Below are positions 47,342-59,838 of a DNA stretch of 64,000 nt, in pieces. The position numbers were made by a program, and so were the translations under genes. Under the pieces are notes generated by a model. It saw nothing but the letters and a program-made list of their open reading frames with translations. It was not told where the DNA came from and did not search any database. The DNA is from Flectonema sp. DT1601 (Eukaryota): the NCBI GenBank assembly GCA_964019425.1, contig OZ025786.1, forward strand, positions 1,612,001 to 1,676,000, read 5' to 3'. How positions within the stretch are numbered: position 1 is the stretch's first letter; each line of letters opens with the position of its first letter.

Positions 47342-48420
47342 ATGGATGAACAAGACAAGGATAAAGAGCAGGGAGAGAGCCCACCACCAAGTCCTGAAAA
47401 CGCAGAAGAAGAAGAAGGAGGAAGTGATGTTGTTGAAGACAACGGTGAAGGAATAGAAGTTGCAGCAGAAATAGATAATCAAGACACCAGCACTTGGGAA
47501 GGAGAAGGACCAGCAATAACAACCGGACCAGGTGCTTTTACTAACCACAAAGCAGGTGTGAACATAAAGAATCTTCCACAGATGGGTTGTGCTCCAGGAA
47601 GGGATGCTTCCTGGCATCTTCGTCAAATTGGATACTCAAAATCCAGGAAAAAGACTTCCTCCGGATCCTCTCTTTATCAATTTATTGGAGCTGACTTAGT
47701 GCATTCCAACAATCCGTTGTCTGATATACAAAACCATTTTAAGTTGCCTCCTAAGCCAGAATATGACACCAACGGTCTTCCTCATTCATTTATTCTCACT
47801 CTTCAACTGCCATACTGTGAGAAGCCAGGAATGTTTGGACAACGCCAGGATGGTAGAACTGTCAATGCTGTTTTTGTGTACACACTCAAGAAGGAAACTA
47901 TCGACCTTTCAGTTGCAAACAAGGATGACCCGGCTGTGTCACTGCTGCGTAGACTTACTGAAAATGTGTGTTTTTTTTTTATTTTTTGTTATTTTATCTT
48001 TTTTTTATATATTTTTTTATGTTGCTTTATAACCACAATTAATAAAACACGCAGTTGTCTGAAACTCCAATCAAAGCTTCAAAAGATTCATTTCTTGGAA
48101 GGACAAAATTATTAGTGAAATCTGATTCAGGAGTCCCATCAGCATTCTCAAAGTTCAACGGTAAGCCGGTATTGATAACTGGGAGTGGTCAGTGGGCTTT
48201 AGTGAATGGATCTTTACAAATATATGTAAACATGAGAAGTTGGGCATACCCAGCAAGACTTGCATTATACAGCAATTGGGGTAAGTTAAGTGATTACAAG
48301 TTACATGTTGGCATTTGTATCGAAGGAAGGAATGACAGTGAACTAGACGAAAGACTGTTAGGATGTGCTCTCGTTGCGTATCCAACTAAAGTTGAAGACT
48401 GTCCAGTAATTGAAGTCTGA
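47342..48420 (+). CDS. EDR2 C-terminal (DUF1336) domain protein, two exons (47342-47965, 48055-48420)
   Basis: HLRQIGYSKSRKKTSSGSSLYQFIGADL and IEGRNDSELDERLLGC match EDR2_C. The 89-nt GTGTGT...ACGCAG intron joins the two ORFs in frame. Confidence 0.85.
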
Positions 48421-49574
48421 TCATGATGGTAACATCACTACAGCGACGTGCAGACTTTCGCAGGCATTTCTTAGAATCGTAGCGACCACATGCCTGACAG
48501 ACCAATGACGGGCGGCATCGCTGATACGTAAATAAAATAGTCAAAACTGCCATACCACATCCTGTTGAGAACAGGTTTACATTACCTTACTCGTCTGATT
48601 ACTCGGATTCATAAATTGGACTGAATTTGATCTGTCGTTAGATCTTTCGAAATGAGACGTGTGATGGGGGATGTCCTCCTAGCTGCTGTTTCCCTCTTGT
48701 CTCTTCCCCTGTTTTCCTTTTTATTTTTTGCACTTTTTCAAAGTTATTGTACGAATAAAAACAAATAATTGGCACCGCACATAAATCTCCTTAGCTTAAG
48801 TCTGTTTGCTGTTAGGTTTTTGTGTTGATCTGACAATTATTTTTTTTTCTTCCTTCACTTTTTTGTTTTATTGTAAAAGTTCGCATCCACGAACTCTTCA
48901 TATCAGGTTTTGGCACAATAGTTCTTCCATCTGAGTTCTCCGCTAATATAGGGTGACACCTCACCCATCTCCGGAAAGAAGAATCTTTTTTTTTTTTTTT
49001 TTTTTTTTGTTCCCCTTTTTTTTCTTCCAAAGTATTTTATTCGTGTGAACATGTTGTCCAAATCAATACTGCTGTTATGATGCTCGTAGTCATAATGCTA
49101 TCTCTTAATGTCTACTAACTTGAGATTAGATTCAGTAAAGAGAAAATTACTGCAGTAGTATCCCTTGTGTGTGTGTGTGTTGTGTGTGTTTTTTTTTCTT
49201 TTTTTAAACACCAAGAAGAATGGTAAACTTAGCAACCTCATTACAACTTGGGAATCAGCTTTTTGCGAAAATAAATCAGATGTCTTTTTCTTTTTCCCCA
49301 TTTTTTTTAAATTTTATTCGATTATTTCTTCTCATCTTCGTGAGTACTGTTGGTGGAGAGAATTGAGTTTCTTTGAATACAGTTACCGCAATGTCACTAC
49401 TGACGAGTACAGTTCAGTGATTCTACATCCTGAGACTGGTCAGTTGGGTCCTATCTGCATCTCTTTCTTCTTCATGAGGATCTTTGGATGTTCTCGTGAG
49501 CTGCATTCTTTTTAAAAAAAAAAAAAAAAAAACCTTCCATCTGCGTAGTTATCTTATCATTTGATTTGTTGAAA

Positions 49575-49606
<32 letters not shown>

Positions 49607-50256
49607 TTCTCTTTTTTTTGTTTTGTTGTAAAGAAAAAGCACTTGTCACTGGCGTATCTCTGTTCTTTGGGTTCGCTGGGTCCGTTCCATCTGTTCTTGC
49701 TTGAAAGAAAGTGAGCACTGTAGAGAAACTAAAAGGAAAAGGACTAATGAAAAAAAAAAGAATAAAGAAGTAAATGCCATCATTAAAAGAAGAAAAAAAA
49801 AAAAAAAAAAAAAACCTGCTGCGTTTACTACTTTCACAGAAAGATGTTTTTTTTTTTTTTTTTTTTGCTAAAACAAACATCTTCGTGAAAAAAAAATAAA
49901 AGTAAATATATGACAACAGTACTAAATATAGGAGAGAGAGACAGAGAGAGAGAGAGAAGTAAACAAAAAGTGTACACACGCAAGAATTGCCTTGCCTTGT
50001 GGTTTCTTAAAATAAAAAAACAACAATACAAAGAAAACTCTTGGCATCAAACTATACATGTGTGGAACTAATATTAAGTGGTAGCAGTACCACTTTTCAA
50101 AAACTAAAGATCTTACGTGTCGATATTAAAATGAAATCAACTGTTACTATTTCTCAAACAGGGTTCACACAACACGTAGCATCTATCGATTTCGAAGACC
50201 CACTCAATTTATAATTTCATATTAATAATAATAATTCTCTCAAAAAGGTTGTATTC

Positions 50257-53200
50257 ATGCCTACTGTAAATGCGAGGTGTGGATGTGGATACTTCCACTC
50301 TGTGAAGTTGAATGGGACGTCAACGGGAGGACAAGTACGAAGGAGTTCGCGATCTGCTTCACCGATGGGACTCCCACCAGACAATACAATAGTAATGAAT
50401 CCGGCTAATTTAGGTTCTGGATTCGCTGAAGAACACAGAGTGTCATTAGAGACAGTAGCGGAATTAACGGAACAGTTAGGAATGAGAGAGAAGGAACTCC
50501 AAACTGTTATATTTGCCTTAGAACAACACGAACGTGAATCTGTCAATCCTCAAGAACTATCAAACGTCAGAGAGCAATTAGAACTACAACAGCAACTAGC
50601 TCGTGATAGACTTTCAGAAATAAAAATGCTTCAAGACGAACTCGATCAGCTACGAGATGAAATGCGTCGATTCGAAGACAGACATTTCATAAATAGCAAT
50701 GAGACGAATAATACGACTGCGACACTGCAGCGAGAACTTGAAGTTCTTAGACAGGACTTTGAAGAACAAAGAGAAGTAAAAGATGAATTGAAAATGAAAT
50801 ATGAAACTCTCTACAAACAACACCAACCCCTTCAGCTTCAACTTCAACTGCGAGACACTCAGGCGATGAAAGAGAACACGATATTACGAAGACAGGTTGA
50901 AGAACTTCAAATCCAACTTTCGGAATTTGATATCCTCCAGACAGACGCACAGAAACTACGCGCCAGCCTTGTCGGAACCTCAGAACGAGAAGAGATACTA
51001 AAAACAGAACTCCAGCTTCTGAAAGACGCAACAGCAGAAGCAGAAGCTAAACAACTTGAGCTCTCTGAGGCATTTGATTTAGTTGGCCCAGCGCAACTAG
51101 TAATGCAAAGCCAACTCAGTCAAATGGCAGACGCATCAGAAGCAGCACACGAAACACTTGTTGTTAAAGATCAAGAAATTGTTTTATTAAATAAAAAATT
51201 AAACGAAGCATTTGAGAGGATTACTCAACTGTCGGGAGGAGCTAACCAACCAAAACTTGAAATTGTATCAAAAAGAGTAGAGAAAGAAGAAATAAGTGAT
51301 GCGTTGGTTAAAATGGCTGTCGATCTATCTCCATGGATGCAAGATTCACCTGCAAGGGGATCACCAAGTAGGATGTCTCACCAACAACCTGACGTTGAGT
51401 CTTTAACAGTAGCTGTAAGTAGATGTCGAAGAACAGCAATAAAACATGAGAGAGAATTAGAATCAACGAAGGAAAGTCTTTTAAACGTCATGTCAGTTCC
51501 TCACTCTGACTCAGATCTGTATTCACTTAATGAGTTGATTGAAAAATTAAAGGAACAACAAACTAAATCAAACTCCCTTCAAACATCACTCAGCAAGCTA
51601 TCTCACAACACAAACACTTCAATTATTATAACTCAACTGAGAGAACTTCTAAATGCCATTCAAATAAAGAGTGGAGATCTGGAGACTACTGAAGGCGATC
51701 TCACTGCTGCTTTACAATACATTCAAACGTGTCCATCAGCTTCCGAAATATCCGAATTAAAATTAATAACAATGGGAGCTTCAGAACAACAATTCACAAC
51801 TGAAGAGGTTCTAAAAAACGTATCCAAATCATTGAAATTAATTAGAATGAAAAGTTCACTTCCAGGTCAAACTATTTCTAATGTTATAGAACAAGTCTTA
51901 TCTCAGACCATATCAAGAGAGACAGAAGAGTCACTCAGAACAGTTGTTAGATTGCCGCACATTAACTCACTTGATCACGTCGTGAGTTCTGCAGTTTCCG
52001 CTCTTAAAGCTTTGAGACAAAAGGATTCGTTTAAGAGATCTGAGAACCACAATATAGAAGAAGCCTGTCATCATCTGTTATCAATGTGTCCTTCTGATTC
52101 AGTTTTAAAATCTATTTCTGAAGTGAGTGCGTTACCACACAATGACGTTGATTACAAGCTTTCTGTAATTGTAAGAACGATGGAGGCGATTAGAAATAAA
52201 GAAAACAGCTCAAGTGATAAAGACATCGAAGCAATAGCAGAAGACTTGTTATTGAGAGTCGTGTCGCCAGATACTTTATCAGAAGCGAGAGGATTGTTAA
52301 AACAGCCGAGGATTTCAGCTGAAAATGCAACAGCATCAGTGACTAGAACACTTAACGACGTCATCACTATTTGTGAATGTGATCCTCACAACGAATCGAT
52401 AAGAAGACAGTCGTCAGTCTCTCCAACAGGCGCGATTACTAATAAGATAACCGACTCCATATCTCACAGACTAATCTCATCTGATACCCTAAACACATTA
52501 AAAAGATTATCATGTCGAGATGTAGAGTCTTCTGAGTTGGTATCTCTTGATTCTTTATGCAGCAGATTAATTCTAATTCTTGAAAATATTTGGTCCAAGT
52601 TCGAATCCCTCTCAGGAATCACTGAGACCGATGTTGTCATGGCAGCCAATCATCTGTTCAATAATTGTCTAATTCAAGACCATGTTATTCCTTCCATTCG
52701 TAGTAAAGTGGGAGCAGAATCAGAGCGGACGACAGAAGAATGTGTTCAGAAATTAGTTGAAAATTTTATACCAGAAAAATCAATGAAGAAACTGAGAGAC
52801 ATTGCAGAGCTTCCTGTGGATGCATCTTTTGATAAACTTGTTGAAGAAATGTCGAAGATTAAAATGAAGAAGGAAACTGTTAAGAGAATGATGAAAGCAG
52901 CTGACACTCCAGAGCACGTTGAGTTCACAAATATGGATTCTCTTGTTGATACAGTTCTGTTAAAGATTCCATCACAGGAAGTCCTCAGTAACTTAAAAAG
53001 AAGTATTCCAACTGGTTCTAAGACTACCCCAAATACGATTGATGACTTGATTTCAACAGCTTTATCAAATAATGATATTTCTGTTCTTACAAATGATAGA
53101 ATGATGTTAGAAGAAGAGTTGACCAGAGCGGAAGGGGAGGTTTCAAAACTACGATCAGAACTTTCTGACGTCTCTCATCTAAAACAACAACTTCTCGTGT

Positions 53201-56200
53201 CTCCCGTAAAACAAAAAGAAACAGAATTAATTGATCTTCAAAAGCAACTCGAGCAATCAGAGGCTCGTCGCTATCAATCTGACGCAGCTCATAATGCGAC
53301 GATTGATGATTTGACGAGACAACTGAGAGCTTCAAAGAGAAGTGTCGATCCTGTGAATAGCCAAGATGAGATTGAGTTCCTTGAGAAACGACTTGAAGTA
53401 TCAGAACAGAAACGATTAACAGCTGAGTCAATAGTCAGAGAAGGTTCCACAAGAAGTAGATCATTAGCAGTTGCTGCTGAGAGATCACTCGAAGAGCTAA
53501 AGAGAAAGAGACAAGTAGATGAGGCTAAGTTAGAAACTCTGATGACTGAATTCCGTTCTAGTGGAGCTACTCCTTCACCGAGATCGCCTCCTCAGAGCAG
53601 TCCATGTCCTCAAAGTTATAACGAAGATGATGTTCTCGGTACTCCAATCTTACTCGATGAACACACAATTCTCAGCCCAGAAATGAATTCTTTACATTTA
53701 AAACTACAGCAAGCTGTTGCCATCGCTGACAGAGATGGAAGCCCAACTGCTGTTGAAAGTGTTAATAAGATCCAACGAGACATTCAGAGGAAAATGCAAC
53801 TTGAAAGAGCCGTAGAAAGAGGTCACTCTCCAACAGTAGCAGTCAGAATGACTAATTTAGAAGAGTTGTTGAGAGAGAGAGGGGATCAAGTTGAAAGACT
53901 GTTGTCAGAAAATAGGGACCTGAAAGAGTCGCTGGCTTCAGCGTCGCATGCGGCAGCAGAAGCAGCAGTTCGAGTTGTTGTTGCAGCACCTGACGAACAC
54001 GGGAACTTGGAAGTATCAGAACTCAGAGAAGTTATTAGTCAAAAAGACATTATAATCGGTTCTTTACATCAGGAAATCGCTCGAATCGAATCCTCTTTAG
54101 CCGAGTACGAAAGGAATGTGATTTCATCAAAACAAGATCTCAGAGATATCGCTGTTGAGAGAGAAGGACTTGAATCTCAAGTTCGACTACTGAAGAAACA
54201 ATCTCGCAGAGGAGAAGTCGATATTGGAACTGGAAAAGGTCGTTACCCTGACCTTGAGAGAGAAAAAGAATTAAAAAGACAACTCGAACTCAAAGACCAA
54301 GAAGTCCAACTCCTACTCGACAGAAGTCCTCGTCGAGAGAATGCTCTCCGACAGCAACTCGAAGAGAAGCAGGCAATTATTGAAGCTTTAACCCATGAGT
54401 CTCCTAGAGTTAAGCATACTCGTCTTCAGAAAACTGTTGAAGAACAATCTGATCAAATCGAAGAGATGAAAAATATTATTGAAAGGCTTCGTTATAAAAC
54501 ATCCCCGTCATCCTCACCAAGAGAATCTGTTAACAGTTTGAAAGCAAGGATTCAAGACCAACAACACACAATAACTTCTCTAAAGAGAACTGAATCATCA
54601 ACTGATTACCTAACAAAACAATTAGACGATCAAGACAGTACAATCAAATCATTAAAACAACGTATTGAAAGTTTACAAAAGAACAACTCCCTTCATAAAG
54701 ATCTTCAAAAGAGATTTGATGCTCAACAGGGCAGCATCTCTGAATTGAAATCAACGATAGCGACGCTTCGACAGAATAACAAAACTACTTCGAAGAAGGG
54801 AGCGGAAGTAAATAAACTGAAATCACAATTAGAAGATCAGACCATTACTATAAAGGGACTTGAAAAAACTTTAAAACAAAAATCACACACTGAAGAAACA
54901 CTTGCGAAAGCAACTGAAGACCACACTGAAATCCAACAAGAACTCAGACTACTAAAGAGTGAGAATAATGATTTACAACAACAGCTAACTGATTGTGAAA
55001 AAACAGTTCAGAGACTAAAAGAGCAACTCAACACAACCAGAGAGACTGACGGTGAGCAGTCAGACATAATTGACAGGCTTGAAACTGATATTGCGAAACT
55101 ACAAACTCAGCTTCGACAATCTCCTTCTCAATCGACGTATGATAATTTAAAGAGGGAATACTCAGAGCTAAAACAAGAACACAACAATCTCTTAGAAGAC
55201 GTTGAGCAACTAACTGAGCAGATGGGAGTCTTACAAGCGACGGTCATGAATGACCAAACTGAGAGAGATGGAATAGATCATCGCACCAGAGAGATTGAAG
55301 AGTTCTTACGAACAGAAACAGCAAACAAACTTCGATTGAAAAGAGAATACTTAGAAATGCAAGACAAGCTAAATGGAATTATCCAACCTGACTCACCAAA
55401 TGATGAATACAATAATTGTTTGAGTAGATTATCGAAATTAGAAACTGAATTAGTAACGGCTTTGAAATATCTCCAACTAAGTGACGTGTTTGATGAGCGT
55501 CTTATTGATAGGATTATTACAACAATCGAGGAATTGACAAATGAAAACCCAACTCAGATGGATGTTCGCGAAGTAATAAAAAAAGTTTTAAGAGAAGCTA
55601 TTACCGACCAACACTCTTCTTTTAGTGACGGACAGAACAATGCTGAACTTCGCAGACTGCAGGCATTACTTGATAGTCTAGCAAGTGAGTATGATGAGTT
55701 ACATCCAAAGTCAGCATTGTCTAATCAAAAACCCATCGTTGACAGAGTTCGTTACCATCTTGATACGCTTTACTCAGATCTCACTGGTGGTCGAAGTCCA
55801 GACAGAGCTCGTATTCAGGATATTCTCGCTCAGGAAATCCAAAAACGACGCATGGCTGATGCAAAAGTCCACCAACTCCAACAACAACTCTCTCGAGGAA
55901 AAGGTAAACTAAACAGAGAACATCAACTGGAGGAGGAGATTAAATTATTAAAGAATGCAAACGAGGAGCTGCGATTAGACAATAATGACCTCCGTTATAA
56001 ATTATCCAGCGACATCAGAGATAAACAGGTGTTGGATTATAAACAAAAAGTTCAAGATAACAAAGCAGCTCGTATCAAAAGAGAGAATAAAGTTCTCAGA
56101 ACTAGAGTTCGACATGTTGAGGATGAGAATGAAGATCTTTCGAGAGTTGTGGGAGAGAATCTTCGAGTTCACAGCAGAGCATCATCGAGACAGGCTTCAC

Positions 56201-56316
56201 CAATGATGTCCCATCAGAGTAGATCTCCGAGGCCGACCCCTCTTTCATCACCACTTCGATCAAGTAGAGTTAGTCCTTACGATATTCACGAGACGTGGAC
56301 ACTTGATGATAATTAA
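50257..56316 (+). CDS. 2019-aa coiled-coil protein, probably cytoskeletal
   Basis: Very long intact ORF with heptad-rich N- and C-terminal regions and SPR-rich linkers. Confidence 0.9.
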   Translation: MPTVNARCGCGYFHSVKLNGTSTGGQVRRSSRSASPMGLPPDNTIVMNPANLGSGFAEEHRVSLETVAELTEQLGMREKELQTVIFALEQHERESVNPQELSNVREQLELQQQLARDRLSEIKMLQDELDQLRDEMRRFEDRHFINSNETNNTTATLQRELEVLRQDFEEQREVKDELKMKYETLYKQHQPLQLQLQLRDTQAMKENTILRRQVEELQIQLSEFDILQTDAQKLRASLVGTSEREEILKTELQLLKDATAEAEAKQLELSEAFDLVGPAQLVMQSQLSQMADASEAAHETLVVKDQEIVLLNKKLNEAFERITQLSGGANQPKLEIVSKRVEKEEISDALVKMAVDLSPWMQDSPARGSPSRMSHQQPDVESLTVAVSRCRRTAIKHERELESTKESLLNVMSVPHSDSDLYSLNELIEKLKEQQTKSNSLQTSLSKLSHNTNTSIIITQLRELLNAIQIKSGDLETTEGDLTAALQYIQTCPSASEISELKLITMGASEQQFTTEEVLKNVSKSLKLIRMKSSLPGQTISNVIEQVLSQTISRETEESLRTVVRLPHINSLDHVVSSAVSALKALRQKDSFKRSENHNIEEACHHLLSMCPSDSVLKSISEVSALPHNDVDYKLSVIVRTMEAIRNKENSSSDKDIEAIAEDLLLRVVSPDTLSEARGLLKQPRISAENATASVTRTLNDVITICECDPHNESIRRQSSVSPTGAITNKITDSISHRLISSDTLNTLKRLSCRDVESSELVSLDSLCSRLILILENIWSKFESLSGITETDVVMAANHLFNNCLIQDHVIPSIRSKVGAESERTTEECVQKLVENFIPEKSMKKLRDIAELPVDASFDKLVEEMSKIKMKKETVKRMMKAADTPEHVEFTNMDSLVDTVLLKIPSQEVLSNLKRSIPTGSKTTPNTIDDLISTALSNNDISVLTNDRMMLEEELTRAEGEVSKLRSELSDVSHLKQQLLVSPVKQKETELIDLQKQLEQSEARRYQSDAAHNATIDDLTRQLRASKRSVDPVNSQDEIEFLEKRLEVSEQKRLTAESIVREGSTRSRSLAVAAERSLEELKRKRQVDEAKLETLMTEFRSSGATPSPRSPPQSSPCPQSYNEDDVLGTPILLDEHTILSPEMNSLHLKLQQAVAIADRDGSPTAVESVNKIQRDIQRKMQLERAVERGHSPTVAVRMTNLEELLRERGDQVERLLSENRDLKESLASASHAAAEAAVRVVVAAPDEHGNLEVSELREVISQKDIIIGSLHQEIARIESSLAEYERNVISSKQDLRDIAVEREGLESQVRLLKKQSRRGEVDIGTGKGRYPDLEREKELKRQLELKDQEVQLLLDRSPRRENALRQQLEEKQAIIEALTHESPRVKHTRLQKTVEEQSDQIEEMKNIIERLRYKTSPSSSPRESVNSLKARIQDQQHTITSLKRTESSTDYLTKQLDDQDSTIKSLKQRIESLQKNNSLHKDLQKRFDAQQGSISELKSTIATLRQNNKTTSKKGAEVNKLKSQLEDQTITIKGLEKTLKQKSHTEETLAKATEDHTEIQQELRLLKSENNDLQQQLTDCEKTVQRLKEQLNTTRETDGEQSDIIDRLETDIAKLQTQLRQSPSQSTYDNLKREYSELKQEHNNLLEDVEQLTEQMGVLQATVMNDQTERDGIDHRTREIEEFLRTETANKLRLKREYLEMQDKLNGIIQPDSPNDEYNNCLSRLSKLETELVTALKYLQLSDVFDERLIDRIITTIEELTNENPTQMDVREVIKKVLREAITDQHSSFSDGQNNAELRRLQALLDSLASEYDELHPKSALSNQKPIVDRVRYHLDTLYSDLTGGRSPDRARIQDILAQEIQKRRMADAKVHQLQQQLSRGKGKLNREHQLEEEIKLLKNANEELRLDNNDLRYKLSSDIRDKQVLDYKQKVQDNKAARIKRENKVLRTRVRHVEDENEDLSRVVGENLRVHSRASSRQASPMMSHQSRSPRPTPLSSPLRSSRVSPYDIHETWTLDDN

Positions 56317-56685
56317 AAACGTTGGTACTGTTTCCTTCCCCCTTCCCAAAGAAAATAAAATCTATTGTAATAAAAATTCGTTTCGTTATTATTTTTTTTT
56401 TTTAAAGATTTCATGCTTTTGGTTTGCTTTGTTGTTTAGCCGCCTGACCTCAGTGGCTGTTCTCTGTTTAGTCAAAAGCCAACTGATAGACTTTTTTTCA
56501 ACAACCAGTAATGTACAGTTCCTTAGTACTTGTTGTGTTATTGTGGTGTTGGTTAATAAAGATATTATTTATAAAACAGCTCAAAGTAGATAATAAAAGG
56601 GAATGGCAAACACTTGTTTTGTATTGAAGTGTTTGTTGTGTTAATTATTTACTTTCTGTCAGGTGAATACCGCGAGACGGTGAAG

Positions 56686-58514
56686 ATGTCTGTCCCACGT
56701 GAAATTCTAAGCCCATCGCTTGCATCTCCTGCAATGTCGTACGACTCAGTGACGAAGCCACAAACACCAATTATTGGTTCACCAACTCCTAACTTTATTC
56801 CTTCACCTTCTCCAATAACGGGACTGGCGTCACCGAGTTACGTTCCTCCTGGAATGTACGCCAGTCCAGTTGGTGATCAACTTGTACTAGACAGTGCTAA
56901 CAGAGTTCAGATTCTAGCAGGTGCTACTAGTGATGCTACTTATGTTCAAGAGCTTACTGGATCTCGTGTAGCTGCTGCACGTGCTCGAGTATCAGTCACG
57001 GAAGCATCTGTATCCAATCTCGCTACTGAAACCCGCCAGAATCAGTACGAGTGTGAGAGGACCAGAGCAATAGCAAATCACGCAAGGCGAGCAGTTGATA
57101 ATGCTGCACTAGTTGCTGATAGACACAGATATAAATCTCTCGATGCGGAGAAGAAGTTGATAACAGTCGATTCTAAACGACAGTCAGAACTTGGAAAGGT
57201 CTTACGTCTTGAGGCTGAAGCAGCTGCTCAGAAGTCAGAGGTTGAGTTCAGTCATCGCTGTCAGGCTGCTACTCAGAATGCATTTCGATCAGCGAGAGAC
57301 TCCGTATCTCTGTCGAGAGATTCTGTTGGATCTGCTAAGTCATTGATGTCACAAAGTAGAGGAAAGCAGCACCGCGCTGCCTCTCTACTCCGCGAGTCAT
57401 TCGCCGTCGTCAATGAAGCATCGACCGACCTCACTCGTTTCTCTGCTGACCTCGTATGTTATTCAATTAACTGAGATATGAATATTAATTAATCTCTTCA
57501 TCATTTACTTTAATCAAACAGGTTCACGCCTCTGCTGCTGAACGCGATGCCGTCTTCCGCAAAGAAAACGCCAAACAAGTAGAAGTATGTTGAGAACCTT
57601 TGTTTCGGTTTCTGGTTTACTTTAATTAATCTGTTTTATAAAAATTAAACAACCAACAGAATGCGGCATCAAGATACCTTACGACTGTTGACCCTTTTGT
57701 ACCAGAATCACCAACAAGAAGAGTAGATGCCGAATACGCACTTCATGACTTGGAAACTGCAAGACTGGCTGATAAAGTAGCTGACGCAAGTATTGCTGAA
57801 GCCAGACATCTAACAACTGTAAGTGGTGATCGATTGAAGTACGCTGAGTCAAGACTCGTTGATGCTGATGCCACAGCGAGAATCTCTGACATGCATTTAC
57901 AACACGCGACTGTTGAAATGGAATCAGGCAGACAGATGCTCGGACAACAACTCGTTGGACTCGAACGCGCCAGAATGATTGAACGTGAGACTCAAATGAG
58001 CAATCTCCGCTCTAAAGAACAAGTTGTCCTCAATGCCCAGCAGCTCGCCAGAAAACGTGCGACATTGAAGAGAGCAAAAGATAAACTTCAGGGACTGAAT
58101 AAGACAGCAGATATTAAAAGGAAAGAAGCATTAAGACAGGCTGCTACTAGTCAGATGGCTGACAGAGTTGTTAACGTCAGAATTGATAAGGAGAAGACAG
58201 CTTTGGCGAGAGCTGATCACACGGCGGCTTTGACGAGACAATCGCAGTCAGTTCTGACGGATACTCAAGTGCAGTTATTGCACGCAAAGTCTGAAGCAAC
58301 GCACCTGACTCAGGCACATGAACTTGCTGCATTGGATGCGGCAGCAAAGAGACGGGAAATGGAACGTGAGATGGGTACCCTCACCGAACTCGAACATCTC
58401 TCTCCTCGCAACATCCACGCCGCTGTTGCTGCTGCTGCTTCTCCAGGGAACGCCTACACGCCGCCTCCTATTCAGGAGTACAGTCCTGGCAGACACTACC
58501 CTGCTTTTGCTTAG
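56686..58514 (+). CDS. Ala-rich coiled-coil protein with SP-rich termini, three exons (56686-57453, 57522-57584, 57660-58514)
   Basis: Two GTATGT...ACAG introns (57454-57521, 57585-57659) join the ORFs at 56614 and 57750 in frame through a 63-nt exon. Confidence 0.82.
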
Positions 58515-59151
58515 AACTATTCGATCGTCATTCTGAAGTGTGAGATTGGTTGCTTGAGTGAGCTTTGAAAAAAAAAAAAAAAAAAAAGAAAAAAAAATGA
58601 GAGAGAGAGTAAAAAAGAAATATTGTTATACCTGTACCTGTTTTTTTTTCCCTCCCTAAAACCCTCTTTTTTGGTCGGAAAAGTTTTTTCTACTTCGGCC
58701 AGTCGTATTGGGACTTGTTTGTACTCTTTTATTTAGCAAAAAAAAAACCTTGCTTTTTATTATTTGAATCCCTTCTCCTCCCTGTCCTTTTCATTCTCCT
58801 TTTCCTTATTAACTCTCTCTCTCGATGGTTGGTTTGTTTCTAGCTTTGGATGTGCAAACTTCGGTTGCGACTTTTTCGACTTTTTTGAAGTTCCGATGAC
58901 TGCCCCAGGAAAAGCATTACAAGGGGAAGAAGAAACCAAAAAAAAAAAAAAAAAAAAAGGCGACCCATCTTCACCCTTAGTAGTAAGCCCCCCTTATAAT
59001 CCCTTTAATCTCTTTTAGTAGGTCGCCTACTGAGACGAAAGAGGGAGATCCGTATAATGTATTTGAGTTCTGTGGGATGATGTAGTTCATGTTTAGAATC
59101 CGTTTTTTACTGTTTTTTCTATTTTCATAAAAAAACAGTAAAGTAATCATC

Positions 59152-59838
59152 ATGGCTGGTTTAATGAACTTCGTGTATTGGATTAGTGCAATCTTTATCA
59201 TTCGCACTATCGACTTCACCAACGAAAACAACGTTTGGATGCTCCGATGCATGTTCGCTTCGGTTCAGAGTTTGGTTTGGCTGATGTTGATATTCTTAGC
59301 GATTAGAGTAAGCTTGAAGAACAACCCAATTCAAGTTACAGTCTTCGAGACTTCAATCTTCGCCGCCGCAGTTGATGAACAAAAGAAAACAGTGATGAGT
59401 GTGAAACAGTATCACATGAGTCAGTTACAGGCGATGATGTACAAAATAGGTCTCGCGACAGTTATTGTTTGTGGTATTCACTACAAGTGGGAACTAATGC
59501 CACCACTTGTAATGCAATGTATTATGAACCCTTCACAGATCTACAGCAGTCCACTCTTTAAGATTCACGTCATGGGAGAATCTGAAGCCGACCACACCAT
59601 CCCATGGGAGGTTCAGAAACCATTCCCAACTGACATTTCTCAGCAGTTCCAGCCGGAAGCTCGCCACAAAAAGAAGGTTTGTGTTCTTCCCTTTTGTTTT
59701 ATCCTTACAGATCCTTTCAGTTTATTCATCACATTAAAACAACAACAACATCAACAGAGTAAGGAGAAAGCTCTCTCAATGCTCAGAGAACAGAACCGTA
59801 GAGCGATCAAGAGTTCCAACTCAAAGAAGGAGTCGTAA
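59152..59838 (+). CDS. PHO88/SND3-family ER membrane protein; probable 81-nt intron 59677-59757
   Basis: TVMSVKQY, IHYKWELMPPLVMQCIMNP and PLFKIHVMG match the Pho88 family. The GTTTGT...CAACAG segment is in frame. Confidence 0.8.
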   Translation: MAGLMNFVYWISAIFIIRTIDFTNENNVWMLRCMFASVQSLVWLMLIFLAIRVSLKNNPIQVTVFETSIFAAAVDEQKKTVMSVKQYHMSQLQAMMYKIGLATVIVCGIHYKWELMPPLVMQCIMNPSQIYSSPLFKIHVMGESEADHTIPWEVQKPFPTDISQQFQPEARHKKKVCVLPFCFILTDPFSLFITLKQQQHQQSKEKALSMLREQNRRAIKSSNSKKES

